A stretch of 64,000 nt of DNA from Gemmatimonadales bacterium (GCA_036394755.1 DASWEL010000002.1:73166-137165), one strand, 5' to 3'. Counted from the first letter of the stretch, positions 38,042-47,904 are shown. Notes: generated by a model from the letters alone, not told the origin. Numbers and translations are program-made.

Positions 38042-39781
38042 AGACTCCTGATCGTTGCGATGCTGGCCGCCTGTGGCGGACCACGGGTTGTTGGACCGAC
38101 GCCGCAGCCGGCCGTCGATGCCGTCCTCAGCAAACTGACCCAGCGCCAGAAGGTCGCGCAACTCGTGGTGCCGTGGCTGGGCGGAAACTACATGGCGCTG
38201 GACGATTCCGCCTTCCAGATCGCGACGCGCTGGGTCGATTCGCTCGAGGTCGGCGGCATCATCATCTCCGTCGGCTCGCCCTACGACATCGCCGCGAAGC
38301 TCAACACGCTGCAGCGCCGTTCCAAACTGCCGCTCCTCGTTTCCGCGGATCTCGAGTGGGGCGCCGCGATGCGCGTGATCGGCGCCACCGCATTTCCCTA
38401 CATCATGGCCGCCGGCGCGACCGGTGACCAGCGCGACGCGTACACGATCGGCCGGGTCGCCGCGCGCGAGGGACGCGCCGTCGGCATCCACGTGAATTTC
38501 GCGCCCGATGCGGACGTCAACAACAACCCGCTCAATCCCATCATCAACACCCGCTCGTTCGGCGAGGACCCGCGCGCCGTGGCGCGGCTGGTGCGCGGCT
38601 ACGTGCGCGGCCTGCAGGACAACGGCATGCTCGCCACGCTGAAACACTTCCCGGGCCATGGCGACACGGATGCGGACTCGCACATCGGTCTGCCCGCGAT
38701 CCGCGTCGACTATGCCCGGCTCGACTCCGTCGAACTCGTGCCGTTCCGCGCCGGCATCGACGCCGGTGCGCAGGTCGTCATGAGCGCCCACATCGCCTTC
38801 CCCGCATTCACGGGTGAGACACCCGCGACGCTGTCCGCGGCGATGCTGACCGGTGTGCTGCGCGATTCGCTCAAGTTCAAAGGGCTGGTCGTGACCGACG
38901 CGCTCCAAATGGGCGCCATCGTCGCCAGGTACGGCGCCGGCGAGGCGGCGGTGCGTGCGTTCGAGGCGGGGTCGGACCTGTTGCTCATGCCGGCCGATCC
39001 CGATTCGGCGATCGGGTCGATGCTGGTCGCCTTGCGGACAGGACGCCTCACGACCGCGCGACTGGACGCCTCCGTGCGGCGCGTGCTCGAGATCAAGCGC
39101 GGGCTCGGCCTCTTCGAGCGCCGCACCGTGCCGCTCGACTCGATCGCGCGCATCGTCGGCTCGAAGTCATTCCAGGATGCCGCGGACGACATCGCGCAAC
39201 GGTCCCTGACACTCGTCCGGGATACGACCGGCATCGTCGCGTGGCTGCGCGGCGCGCGCAGCCGGATGGCCATCATCGCGTACGGCGACGAGCTGAACAG
39301 CTATGTCGGGCAGCGCATGCTCGAGCTCATGCGCGCCGGCGGTGACACGGTTGGCTTCTTCCGGCTCTGGCCGATGTCGGGGACCGCGTCGTACGACTCG
39401 GCGCGCGTCGTGATCGGGCGGGCGCCCACGGTGATCTTTGCGATGAACGTGCGACCGATCGCGGCGAAGGGCAGCATCGCACTGCCTGATTCCCTCGCGC
39501 GGCTGATCACGATGACCGACTCGGTGAAGCCGACCGTCCTCGTCTCGTTGGGCAGCCCCTATCTGCTGAACCAGACGCCGACTGTGAAGTCGTATCTGAT
39601 CGCCTGGAGCGGCGTGCGCACGGCGGAGAAGGCCGCCGCGCGCGCGCTGCTCGGCTGGTCGCCCGTGCGCGGCAAGCTGCCGATTCGGATTCCCCCCTCC
39701 TACCCCATCGGCTACGGGCTCACGGTGTCCGACTCGACGCTGCCGCCGGTGAGACCGCCGGCGCACGTCATCATGCCGTGA
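38030..39781 (+). CDS. nagZ: GH3 beta-N-acetylhexosaminidase lipoprotein (NagZ/YbbD-like, two-domain)
   Basis: MRAHRLLIVAMLAAC lipobox; ...KHFPGHGDTDADSH...; 583 aa. Confidence 0.85.
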   Translation: MRAHRLLIVAMLAACGGPRVVGPTPQPAVDAVLSKLTQRQKVAQLVVPWLGGNYMALDDSAFQIATRWVDSLEVGGIIISVGSPYDIAAKLNTLQRRSKLPLLVSADLEWGAAMRVIGATAFPYIMAAGATGDQRDAYTIGRVAAREGRAVGIHVNFAPDADVNNNPLNPIINTRSFGEDPRAVARLVRGYVRGLQDNGMLATLKHFPGHGDTDADSHIGLPAIRVDYARLDSVELVPFRAGIDAGAQVVMSAHIAFPAFTGETPATLSAAMLTGVLRDSLKFKGLVVTDALQMGAIVARYGAGEAAVRAFEAGSDLLLMPADPDSAIGSMLVALRTGRLTTARLDASVRRVLEIKRGLGLFERRTVPLDSIARIVGSKSFQDAADDIAQRSLTLVRDTTGIVAWLRGARSRMAIIAYGDELNSYVGQRMLELMRAGGDTVGFFRLWPMSGTASYDSARVVIGRAPTVIFAMNVRPIAAKGSIALPDSLARLITMTDSVKPTVLVSLGSPYLLNQTPTVKSYLIAWSGVRTAEKAAARALLGWSPVRGKLPIRIPPSYPIGYGLTVSDSTLPPVRPPAHVIMP

Positions 39782-40917
39782 TGCGTCGGCTGCTTTGGCT
39801 CAGCGGCGCGCTGCTGCCGTTGGGTTGCACACATCCGCAGCCAGTACCGACGATCACGACGCAGCAGTCGTACGGTCGCTTCGAGCCGGTCGTCGCGTAT
39901 TTGCGGTCGCAGGTGGATAGCGCGTTTCCGGGAGCCACAATTGCCGTGGGCTATGGCGACAGCGTCGTCCTGCTCGCGGCGGTTGGTCACTACGGCGCGG
40001 ATGATCCCCGGCCCGTTACACCGGAAACGATCTACGATCTTGCCTCACTCACGAAAGTCATCGGGCTCACCACCGCAGCGATGATGCTCGTCGACCAGGG
40101 CAAACTCGACCTCGACGCCCCGGTGCAACGCTACGTCCCAGCCTTTCAGGGAACCAACAAAGAACGCGTCACGATCAAACACCTGCTCACGCACTCCTCC
40201 GGCATGCCGGCGTGGCGACCGCTGTACGCCGAAGCGAAGACGCGCGAGGAAGCGCTCGCGCTGGTCGATACGACAGCGCTGCTGAAACAACCCGGCGACA
40301 CGTTTGTCTACTCCGACCTGGGCGCGATCACGTTGACGCAGGCCGTGGAAGCGATCACTGGACAGCGCCTCAATGACTTTCTGGACGCGCGGCTATTCGG
40401 GCCGCTCGGAATGACATCGACCGGATTCCTGCCCCCCCAGAGTTGGTGGGACCGCATCGCACCGACCGAGAATGACACGGTTTTCCGACATCGATTGTTG
40501 CGGGGCGAGGTGCATGACGAGAATGCCGGACGCCTAGGGGGTGTCTCCGGCCATGCGGGGCTGTTCAGCACGGCACCCGATTTGGCTGTGTTTGCAGAGT
40601 GGCTACTGCGCTTGAGAAGAATCGATTCGCTGCACGTACGGGACTTCAGCCACAGGCAAGGCATTCCTGCCGGCTCTTCCCGCGCCCTCGGCTGGGACAC
40701 CCCCTCCGAACTCTCGAGCGCCGGAACGAAGATGGGGCCGAACGCATTCGGGCATACCGGCTTCACCGGGACGTCCATCTGGTTCGACCCCGACCGCAAC
40801 CTCTTCATTATTCTGCTGACGAACCGCGTGAACCCGACCCGCGCCAACACGAAGATCCTTCAGGTGCGCCGGCGCGTCGCCGATCTCGTCAACGACGCGC
40901 TCACTCCACCACAGTAG
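39778..40917 (+). CDS. Beta-lactamase-fold serine hydrolase lipoprotein (AmiE/YbbE-like candidate MurNAc-L-Ala amidase)
   Basis: Lipobox LPLGC; S-x-x-K motif DLASLTKVIG; start overlaps nagZ stop. Confidence 0.7.
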   Translation: MMRRLLWLSGALLPLGCTHPQPVPTITTQQSYGRFEPVVAYLRSQVDSAFPGATIAVGYGDSVVLLAAVGHYGADDPRPVTPETIYDLASLTKVIGLTTAAMMLVDQGKLDLDAPVQRYVPAFQGTNKERVTIKHLLTHSSGMPAWRPLYAEAKTREEALALVDTTALLKQPGDTFVYSDLGAITLTQAVEAITGQRLNDFLDARLFGPLGMTSTGFLPPQSWWDRIAPTENDTVFRHRLLRGEVHDENAGRLGGVSGHAGLFSTAPDLAVFAEWLLRLRRIDSLHVRDFSHRQGIPAGSSRALGWDTPSELSSAGTKMGPNAFGHTGFTGTSIWFDPDRNLFIILLTNRVNPTRANTKILQVRRRVADLVNDALTPPQ

Positions 40918-42655
40918 CCCAGCCCCGCCGCGACAAATCGCGGTAGATCACGAAACCGCCGGCGAGACCCAAGGCGAGCAGCACCAGGCCCGTGCCGGTC
41001 TCGTGCAGCAGCAGTTTCCCGACGCCGAACAGCACGCCGTAGATCAACACGCATCCCGCGATCCAGTCGAGCAGATTCGACAAGCCACTGCTCGTGACCT
41101 TCACCTCAGGGGCAAGGGCGGCAATCGGCGCCCATCCAGTGCGCGAGGGCCGTGTGCGACGGTAGAAGGCCGTCAGGGTCTCTTGGGACTCCGGCTTCGT
41201 GAGGAACGTCGTCGCCAACCATACGACGGTCGTGATGGCCACGGTAATGATCATGATCCAGGCGAACTGTTTCGGCTGGTCGGTGTTCAGGCCGAATCCA
41301 AGCTGCAGCAGGACAGACACCACAAAGGCGGATATCATCGCGGAGACTTCGCTCCACGCATTGATGCGCCACCAATACCAGCGGAGCAACAGCACCGCCC
41401 CGGTGCCGGCCCCGGTCACGATCAGGATCTTCCACGCGCCGCCGATGGATCCCATGTAAAACGTCACGACCGCCGATACCACGGTGAGAAGCAAGGTCGC
41501 AAGCTTCGACGCCGTTACGTAGTACCGCTCGTCCGCGTCACGCCGCACGAACCGGCGCCAAAAGTCGTTGACGAGGTAGCTCGCGCCCCAGTTGAGCTGA
41601 GTGGCGATCGTAGACATGTATGCCGCCGCGAACGCCGCGACCATGAGCCCGCGCAGCGCCGCGGGCAGGTGGTCGATCATGACCCGGATGTAGCCAGTCT
41701 CCGGATCGGCGAGGCCGGGATAGAGGATCAGCGACGCCATGGCGACCAGGATCCAGGGCCAGGGCCGGATCGCGTAGTGTGCGATGTTGAACCAGAGCGT
41801 CGCGAGCAGTGAATGGCGCTCGTCTTTGGCGCTGAACATGCGCTGCGCGACGTACCCCCCACCCCCCGGCTCTGCGCCGGGATACCACGTGGCCCACCAA
41901 TTGAGTGAGATATAGACGAGGAAGGTGATCATCGGCATCCACGCCGAATTCATGTCGGGGATGAAGTTCAAGACGTCGCTGCGGCCGCCGGCAATGAGCT
42001 TCGTCTTCATCGCTTCCATTCCACCCACCGCCCGCACGGCAAACACGGCCAGGATGATCACCATGCTCATCTTGACCACGAACTGGAAGACGTCCGTGAC
42101 CAGCACGCCCCACAGCCCCGACAGCGTCGAGATCGCCGACGTGAGGAAGATCATCCCGAGCACGATCACCAGCGCTTCGAACTTCCCGATCCCGAAGATC
42201 AGCTGCAGGATCTTCACCATGGCCAGGTTGACCCAGCCGAGGATGATGCAATTGATCAGGATACCCAGATACAGCGCGCGGAACCCGCGGAGGAACGCGG
42301 CCGGCTTGCCAGCGTAGCGGATCTCGGCGAACTCGACGTCGGTCATGACACCGGCGCGGCGCCAGAGCCGTGCGTAGAAGAACACCGTCAGCATGCCGCT
42401 CGCCACGAAGCACCACCACAACCAGTTGCCGGCGATCCCGTTGCGCGCCACGAAGCCCGTCACGACGAGGGGCGTGTCCGCGGCGAACGTGGTTGCGACC
42501 ATCGATGTGCCCGCGAGCCACCAGGGGACGTTGCGGCCGGAGAGGAAGAACTCCGTCGTGCTCTTGCCGGCGCGGGCTTTGTAGTAGAACCCGATACCGA
42601 TGTTGAATGCGAAGTACAGCCCGATGATGAGCCAGTCGATGATGGTCAGTCGCAT
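40901..42655 (-). CDS. Sodium:solute symporter family transporter
   Basis: 584 aa, 13-15 TM; ...EFFLSGRNVPWWLAGTSMVATTFAADTPL... Confidence 0.85.
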   Translation of the reverse strand: MRLTIIDWLIIGLYFAFNIGIGFYYKARAGKSTTEFFLSGRNVPWWLAGTSMVATTFAADTPLVVTGFVARNGIAGNWLWWCFVASGMLTVFFYARLWRRAGVMTDVEFAEIRYAGKPAAFLRGFRALYLGILINCIILGWVNLAMVKILQLIFGIGKFEALVIVLGMIFLTSAISTLSGLWGVLVTDVFQFVVKMSMVIILAVFAVRAVGGMEAMKTKLIAGGRSDVLNFIPDMNSAWMPMITFLVYISLNWWATWYPGAEPGGGGYVAQRMFSAKDERHSLLATLWFNIAHYAIRPWPWILVAMASLILYPGLADPETGYIRVMIDHLPAALRGLMVAAFAAAYMSTIATQLNWGASYLVNDFWRRFVRRDADERYYVTASKLATLLLTVVSAVVTFYMGSIGGAWKILIVTGAGTGAVLLLRWYWWRINAWSEVSAMISAFVVSVLLQLGFGLNTDQPKQFAWIMIITVAITTVVWLATTFLTKPESQETLTAFYRRTRPSRTGWAPIAALAPEVKVTSSGLSNLLDWIAGCVLIYGVLFGVGKLLLHETGTGLVLLALGLAGGFVIYRDLSRRGWATVVE

Positions 42656-42706
42656 GGGCCTCCAATTGGGGGCGCGATTTGTAGTTAGGCAAGCGTCCCT
42701 TCCCCG

Positions 42707-42735
42707 TTGACAGGCTCGCAGTCACCTTCTAAGTT
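42707..42735 (+). promoter_or_regulatory. Putative sigma70 promoter of iscA/erpA
   Basis: TTGACA (42707-42712) - 17 nt - TAAGTT (42730-42735); GGAGG SD before ATG 42757. Confidence 0.5.
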
Positions 42736-42756
42736 GCTGCCAGACTGGAGGATAAG

Positions 42757-43110
42757 ATGGGGACTACCCAGAAATCGGTTACTCTGACGCTCACCGAGCG
42801 GGCGGGCGAAGAGGTCAAGAAATTCCTGGCCGAAGAGAAAGCCTCGCCGGAGTCGGCTGGGCTGCGGGTCGCCGTGCTGCCCGGCGGTTGTTCGGGTTTC
42901 CGCTACAGCTTGAACGTCGAGGAGCAACCAGCGGCCGATGACGTCGTCATCGAGAGCGCGGGCGTGCGGCTGTTTGTCGACGAATTCAGCTCGCAGTATC
43001 TGAACGGCACGGTGATCGATTACAAGAGCAATTTCCAGGAATCCGGCTTTGCGTTCGAGAATCCGAACGCCTCCGGCGGCTGTGGCTGCGGGTCGTCGTT
43101 CACGGTCTGA
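42757..43110 (+). CDS. erpA: Fe-S cluster insertion protein (HesB/IscA/ErpA family)
   Basis: ...GLRVAVLPGGCSGFRYSL... and C-terminal ...NPNASGGCGCGSSF. Confidence 0.9.
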   Translation: MGTTQKSVTLTLTERAGEEVKKFLAEEKASPESAGLRVAVLPGGCSGFRYSLNVEEQPAADDVVIESAGVRLFVDEFSSQYLNGTVIDYKSNFQESGFAFENPNASGGCGCGSSFTV

Positions 43111-43138
43111 GCGTTGATCCTTCCTGATTCCGTAAGCA

Positions 43139-43169
43139 GGGCCCGCGTACACCGCGGGCCCTTTCTTTT
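43139..43169 (+). terminator. Intrinsic terminator after erpA
   Basis: GGGCCCGCG (43139-43147) loop TACAC CGCGGGCCC (43153-43161) followed by TTTCTTTT. Confidence 0.7.
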
Positions 43170-43175
43170 CTAGGC

Positions 43176-44666
43176 ATGCGATCACTCGACGTCGCGGTCA
43201 TCGTTGTCTATTTTGCCGCGGTCATTGTGTTCGGGCTGCTCCTCGCGGGACGGCAGCGGGATGCCACGGACTATTTCCTTGGACACCGCGGGCTTCCTTG
43301 GTGGGCGTTGATGCTGTCGGTCGTCGCCACGGAAACATCGGCCGTCACCGTGATCTCGGTCCCTGGTCTCGCAGCACGCGGGAATCTTACGTTCCTGCAA
43401 ATCGCTTTTGGTTATCTGGTCGGTCGCATCGGCGTCGCTAAGCTTCTCCTCCCTGGCTACTTCGAAGGCACACAGGACACCGCGTACCAGCGTCTGGAGC
43501 GACGCTTCGGTATCGCGGCTCGGCGCACGGCTTCCGGCATTTTCCTCCTGACGCGTGCACTCGCCGATTGCGTGCGGATCTTCGCGACCGCGATTCCGCT
43601 CGCCATCATCGTGTATGGACACCCCACCGACAACGCCCTCGCGGTGGGGATCCTGGCGATCGGCATCGTGACACTCCTCTACACCTGGTTCGGCGGCCTC
43701 CGCGCCGTCGTGTGGGTGGACGTCATCCAACTCGGCGTGTATCTGCTCGGCGGCATCGCGACGTTGATCGTCGCCACGCACAACGCCGGCGGTATCCAGG
43801 CATTCGGGCGCGCGTGGGACGCAGGAAAACTGGTCGTGCTGGATTTTCGGCCTTCCTTCAAAGTCCTCTACACGTTCTGGGGTGGGCTGGTGGGTGGGGC
43901 GCTTCTCGCCGCCGCATCGCACGGCACCGATCACCTGATCGTCCAACGGCTGCTGGCCGCACGGGGACTGCGAGACGCGCAGCGGGCACTTATTGGCTCC
44001 GGCGTGTTCATCATCGCGCAGTTCGCCCTTTTCCTTCTCGTCGGCACGAGTCTGTGGCTTGCGGGCGCGGATGATGGCGTAATGCGAAGCGACGCGATTT
44101 ATCCAACGTTCGTGATCACACACCTTCCAACCGGACTCGCCGGTCTCGTGGTCGCGGGAATCCTGGCCGCTGCTATGAGCAGCCACGCGTCGGCCGTCAA
44201 CTCGCTCGCCTCCGCTTCCACGCATGATTTCTATGCTCCCCTCACCGGCCGGCACGACCTGGAACACCTCTTGTGGGTGGGACGCTGGCTCACGCTGTTC
44301 TGGACTGCGGTGCTCGTGATAGGCGCGATCGCCTTCATCGGCGATCGAGATACACCCGTGGTCCAGCTGGCACTGAGCATCGCGTCCCTCACCTACGGCA
44401 GCCTGCTTGGGACGTACATCCTCGGTGGGGCCTGGTCGCGAACCCGCCAGATCGACGTGATCCTCGCGATCGGTGTAAGCGTCATCCTCATGTCGCCCGT
44501 GGTGCTAGGGGCCGTCATCCCGCACTTCCCGCTGCATTGGCTAGCCGGCCTCTCCTGGTGGTGGTATGTGCCGCTGGGGACTGCCGTCACGGTGCTCGTG
44601 GGGATGCTTTCTTCACTCGTCGGATCGGCGGATCGCCGGATCGCCGGATCGGAGAACGTACCCTGA
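43176..44666 (+). CDS. Sodium:solute symporter family transporter
   Basis: 496 aa; ...DYFLGHRGLPWWALMLSVVATETSAVTVISVPG... Confidence 0.85.
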   Translation: MRSLDVAVIVVYFAAVIVFGLLLAGRQRDATDYFLGHRGLPWWALMLSVVATETSAVTVISVPGLAARGNLTFLQIAFGYLVGRIGVAKLLLPGYFEGTQDTAYQRLERRFGIAARRTASGIFLLTRALADCVRIFATAIPLAIIVYGHPTDNALAVGILAIGIVTLLYTWFGGLRAVVWVDVIQLGVYLLGGIATLIVATHNAGGIQAFGRAWDAGKLVVLDFRPSFKVLYTFWGGLVGGALLAAASHGTDHLIVQRLLAARGLRDAQRALIGSGVFIIAQFALFLLVGTSLWLAGADDGVMRSDAIYPTFVITHLPTGLAGLVVAGILAAAMSSHASAVNSLASASTHDFYAPLTGRHDLEHLLWVGRWLTLFWTAVLVIGAIAFIGDRDTPVVQLALSIASLTYGSLLGTYILGGAWSRTRQIDVILAIGVSVILMSPVVLGAVIPHFPLHWLAGLSWWWYVPLGTAVTVLVGMLSSLVGSADRRIAGSENVP

Positions 44667-44696
44667 GCAACCCATCCGCCGATCCGCCGATCCGCC
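44622..44696. repeat. Inverted arrays of the octamer GGATCG(G/C)C flanking a gene junction
   Basis: ggatcggc ggatcgcc ggatcgcc ggatcgg (44622-44652) and catccgcc gatccgcc gatccgcc (44673-44696); 15-nt perfect complementarity between 44621-44635 and 44680-44694. Confidence 0.9.
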
Positions 44697-44704
44697 CAGC
44701 GCTT

Positions 44705-45613
44705 TTGCTCGGAGTCGACAGCGGCGGCTCCCATACCGCCGTCGCCGTTGGCGATCGCCATGGTCGAGTTCTCAGCCGCGCCGAAGGCCCTGGCTCCGCG
44801 ATGCGCCCCGGCGGAGCCGAGCGCTCGGCGGCGGTCATCCTCGACGTCGCGCGGCGGGCGGCCACACAGGCCAACGTCACGCTGCCGGCCACCCTCGCGC
44901 TCGTCGGCGCGGCCGGAGCGGGTCGTCCCCCGGAGCAAGAAGCGCTCGCGGACGCGATTAAGGCCGCGGGCGTTGCCGACCGGGTCGGCGTGCGCGGTGA
45001 TACCGAGATCGCGTTGGCGGCAGCGTTCGGGGACGGGCCCGGAATCCTGATCAATGCCGGCACGGGCTCGATCGCCCATGCCCGCGGCGCGGACGGCCAA
45101 TTGCATCGCGCCGGCGGTCACGGCTGGCAGCTCGGCGACGAGGGCGGCGGCTATTGGCTGGGGCGCCGGGCGCTCGCTGCCGCGTCACGCGCGCAGGACG
45201 GCCTCCAGGAGTCGTCAACGCTTTTGGGGCGATTGCTCGTGGCGCTGGGCCTGGAGACGTTCGATGACCTGATCCGCTGGACCGCCACAGCGACCCCGGC
45301 CCAGATCGCGGCGCTCGCGCCGCACGTCCTCAACGCCGCGCGCGAAGGCGAGACGGTTGCCCAGCAGATCGTCGAGGAGGCGGCGGCGGAGCTCTCCCGG
45401 CTCGTGCGGGTGCTCATGCGCCATTTCCCGGAGGGCACGGGGATCAAGATGGCCACCGCCGGCGGGCTCCTCCGGCCGGGCTCTCCGTTGCTGATCGCGT
45501 TGCGCGCGAACCTCGCGACTGATTTACCGCGCGCGCGCATTTCGGAAGGCGGCGGTCAGGTCGATGCGCCGGCGGGTGCGCTGCGCCTGGCGGCGCGACT
45601 GCTCGCGGGCTAA
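44705..45613 (+). CDS. BadF/BadG/BcrA/BcrD-type sugar kinase (GlcNAc/MurNAc kinase-like)
   Basis: ...LLGVDSGGSHTAVAV...NAGTGSIA...GGHGWQLGDEGGGYWLG...; no ATG or GTG available, start either TTG 44705 or CTG 44663 (overlapping the symporter stop, GGAG 8 nt upstream). Confidence 0.7.
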   Translation: MLGVDSGGSHTAVAVGDRHGRVLSRAEGPGSAMRPGGAERSAAVILDVARRAATQANVTLPATLALVGAAGAGRPPEQEALADAIKAAGVADRVGVRGDTEIALAAAFGDGPGILINAGTGSIAHARGADGQLHRAGGHGWQLGDEGGGYWLGRRALAAASRAQDGLQESSTLLGRLLVALGLETFDDLIRWTATATPAQIAALAPHVLNAAREGETVAQQIVEEAAAELSRLVRVLMRHFPEGTGIKMATAGGLLRPGSPLLIALRANLATDLPRARISEGGGQVDAPAGALRLAARLLAG

Positions 45614-47118
45614 GCCAGCCCGCTTCCCGACCCTCGCTGCCGGATCTTACTGTGTTTGAATCCGTACGCGACGTAGAGCGCCAGCCCGATTGCCAGCCAA
45701 ACGGCGAAGCGAATCCACGTTTCACCCGGCAGCCCGAACATCACGTAGACGCAGAGCAACACTGAGAGCGGCGCGACAACCCATACCCAGGCGACCCGGA
45801 ACGGCCGAGGGCGGCTCGGTTCGGTATAGCGCAGGACCAGCACACCCGCCGAGACCAGCGCGAACGCGAACAGCGTTCCAATGTTCGTGAGATTGTAGGT
45901 CTCGTTCGCATCTCCGATCAATGCCCACAGCGCCACGAACGCTCCGGTAATGATGGTCGTGATGTACGGGACTCGGCGGTTGGCGGAGATCTTTGCTGCC
46001 CACGGCGGCAGCAAGCCGTCGCGCGCCATGGCGAAGAAAATCCGCGGCTGCCCGTACTGAAAGACGAGCAGCACCGCCGACATCGAGACGATCGCGCCCA
46101 ATGCGACGATCCACCCGACCGTCCGGAAGCCCGCGACCTCCAGCGCCTTCGCGAGCGGGTCGGCGACGCCGAGGTCCGTGTACTTGACCATGCCGGTCAG
46201 CACGGCCCCAACGATCACATAGATCAGCGTACAGATCGCAAGCCCACCGAGGATCCCGATGGGGAGGTTCCGTTGCGGGTTCTTCGTCTCCTCCGCGGCT
46301 GTGGAGATCGCGTCGAATCCGATGTACGCGAAGAACACGATGGCGGCGCCCTGATGGATGCCGCGCCAACCGTTCGGCGCGAACGGATGGTAGTTCGTAG
46401 GCTCGATGTGTGTGAGTCCCGCGACGATGAACAGACCGAGCACGAGGAGCTTGATCACGACGAGGACGTTGTTCGTCCGCGCGCTCTCGCGAACACCCAG
46501 CAAGAGGAGCCAGGTGATCAGACCGACCACGAGAAACGCCGGCACATTGACGAGGATCGGAATACCGGCGATGTGTGGCGCACTATCGAGGAGACCGTGG
46601 ATTTTGGGATCGGGACTGAGTAACGCGGTGCGATAGCCGGTCGTCAGCCAGTCAGGAGGGTGGACGCCGAAGTAGCCGATGAACGACTTGAAGTAGTCAC
46701 CCCACGAAATCGCCACCGCCACGTTGCCGACGGCGTACTCGAGAATCAAATCCCATCCGATGATCCAGGCGACCACTTCGCCGAGCGTCGCGTAGGAATA
46801 GGCGTACGCGCTGCCCGCCTGCGGAATCATCGAGGCGAGCTCGGCATAGCATAGACCGGCGAGGGCGCAGCAGACACCCAGCAAGAGGAAGGAGAAGACG
46901 AGCGCAGGTCCTGCGCCCGCTCGCACCATGTTGCCCGCCGCGTCGTACTGGCCCGCGGCTGCCGTGCCGATCGCGCCGAAGATCCCGGCGCCGATGACGG
47001 CGCCGATCGCCAGCATGATGAGATCGCCGGCTCCGAGAACGCGCCGGAGCGACTGCGGCGTCTCGAGCTCGCTGACCAGGAGCTCCGCGATCGGCTTGCG
47101 CTTGAAGAGCTGGCGCAC
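45610..47118 (-). CDS. APC-family amino-acid permease
   Basis: 502 aa; ...LGAGDLIMLAIGAVIGAGIF..., 12-14 TM. Confidence 0.9.
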   Translation of the reverse strand: MRQLFKRKPIAELLVSELETPQSLRRVLGAGDLIMLAIGAVIGAGIFGAIGTAAAGQYDAAGNMVRAGAGPALVFSFLLLGVCCALAGLCYAELASMIPQAGSAYAYSYATLGEVVAWIIGWDLILEYAVGNVAVAISWGDYFKSFIGYFGVHPPDWLTTGYRTALLSPDPKIHGLLDSAPHIAGIPILVNVPAFLVVGLITWLLLLGVRESARTNNVLVVIKLLVLGLFIVAGLTHIEPTNYHPFAPNGWRGIHQGAAIVFFAYIGFDAISTAAEETKNPQRNLPIGILGGLAICTLIYVIVGAVLTGMVKYTDLGVADPLAKALEVAGFRTVGWIVALGAIVSMSAVLLVFQYGQPRIFFAMARDGLLPPWAAKISANRRVPYITTIITGAFVALWALIGDANETYNLTNIGTLFAFALVSAGVLVLRYTEPSRPRPFRVAWVWVVAPLSVLLCVYVMFGLPGETWIRFAVWLAIGLALYVAYGFKHSKIRQRGSGSGLA

Positions 47119-47151
47119 GCGTCCCCCTGCTGCCGGTTTTACGACGTGATG

Positions 47152-47904
47152 CTACGGATAGACGACGATGCCGTACACGTAATCGATCGGGCGCCCGTCC
47201 CGAGTCTTCGCCGGACTAAACACAAAATTCCACATGGTTTCCATGAATACGCGACGGTAGCCCGAATCCCTGATCGGAGGACTCACCTCAATCCTTGTCA
47301 CGCGCCCGTCGGCCCGAATCCAGAACCGGACCTCGTGCTTCTTCCTTTCCTCGGGAGGCGCCCCCGCGGGGATAGTTGGTACCAAGCGCGGCGTGGGCCC
47401 GAAAATATCACTCGCGCTGTCACCTGAGCCAGGACCGGCATCCGCGCCGGTCCCGGTCCCGCTCCCCGTCCCGGTCCCCCCGGCCGACCCCGGTCCCTGT
47501 CCCGGGCCACCCGTCGTTCCATCGCCCGTCCCCACAACCGCCGGGGGCGGGGGCGGGGGCGGGGGCGGGGGCGGGCGCTTCAGAACGAGGCTGGGGGCGG
47601 GCATGTCGATCTTCACCGGTGCCGTGACTCGGGCAACAGTCGGAACCGTGACGGCTGCTGGCGGCGGGACGTTTTCCGCTCGCGCCGGCGGTACTGAGAG
47701 CGGGAGGGCGAACCAGCTGACCGCCGGCCGGCCGCCGCCGCCACCACCACCGCGCGGACCGCTACCGCCGCCACCTCCGTTTGCGAACAGAGCCGCACCG
47801 CGCCACAGCACGAGAATGGCGATGGCCACATGCGCGAGGACCGAGAGAGCAGCCGCCGGCCCTCCCCGCCGCTGGGGCAGTGGGAGCGCATAGCTGTCGA
47901 ACAT
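47152..47904 (-). CDS. TonB-like energy transducer paralogue 1 (Gly/Pro-rich)
   Basis: MFDSYALPL... N-terminal TM, G-rich and P11 tracts, C-terminal TonB_C-like ...VRFWIRADGRVTRIEV...FVFSPAKTRDGRPIDYVY. Confidence 0.65.
   Translation of the reverse strand: MFDSYALPLPQRRGGPAAALSVLAHVAIAILVLWRGAALFANGGGGGSGPRGGGGGGGRPAVSWFALPLSVPPARAENVPPPAAVTVPTVARVTAPVKIDMPAPSLVLKRPPPPPPPPPPPAVVGTGDGTTGGPGQGPGSAGGTGTGSGTGTGADAGPGSGDSASDIFGPTPRLVPTIPAGAPPEERKKHEVRFWIRADGRVTRIEVSPPIRDSGYRRVFMETMWNFVFSPAKTRDGRPIDYVYGIVVYP

Noticed and set aside
38042-38908. The upstream 289 codons of the 699-aa minus-strand track ORF (36809..38908)
   Set aside because: This part is antisense to the well-supported GH3 gene, Arg/Gly/Asp/His-rich and without motifs. 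The DUF1343 homology and a lipoprotein signal begin at the ATG ending at 38041.
44273-44662. N-terminal 130 codons of the 446-aa track ORF preceding the sugar kinase
   Set aside because: They lie inside the symporter gene in another frame (Arg/His/Pro-rich). Kinase homology (LGVDSGGSHT) starts only after the symporter stop.
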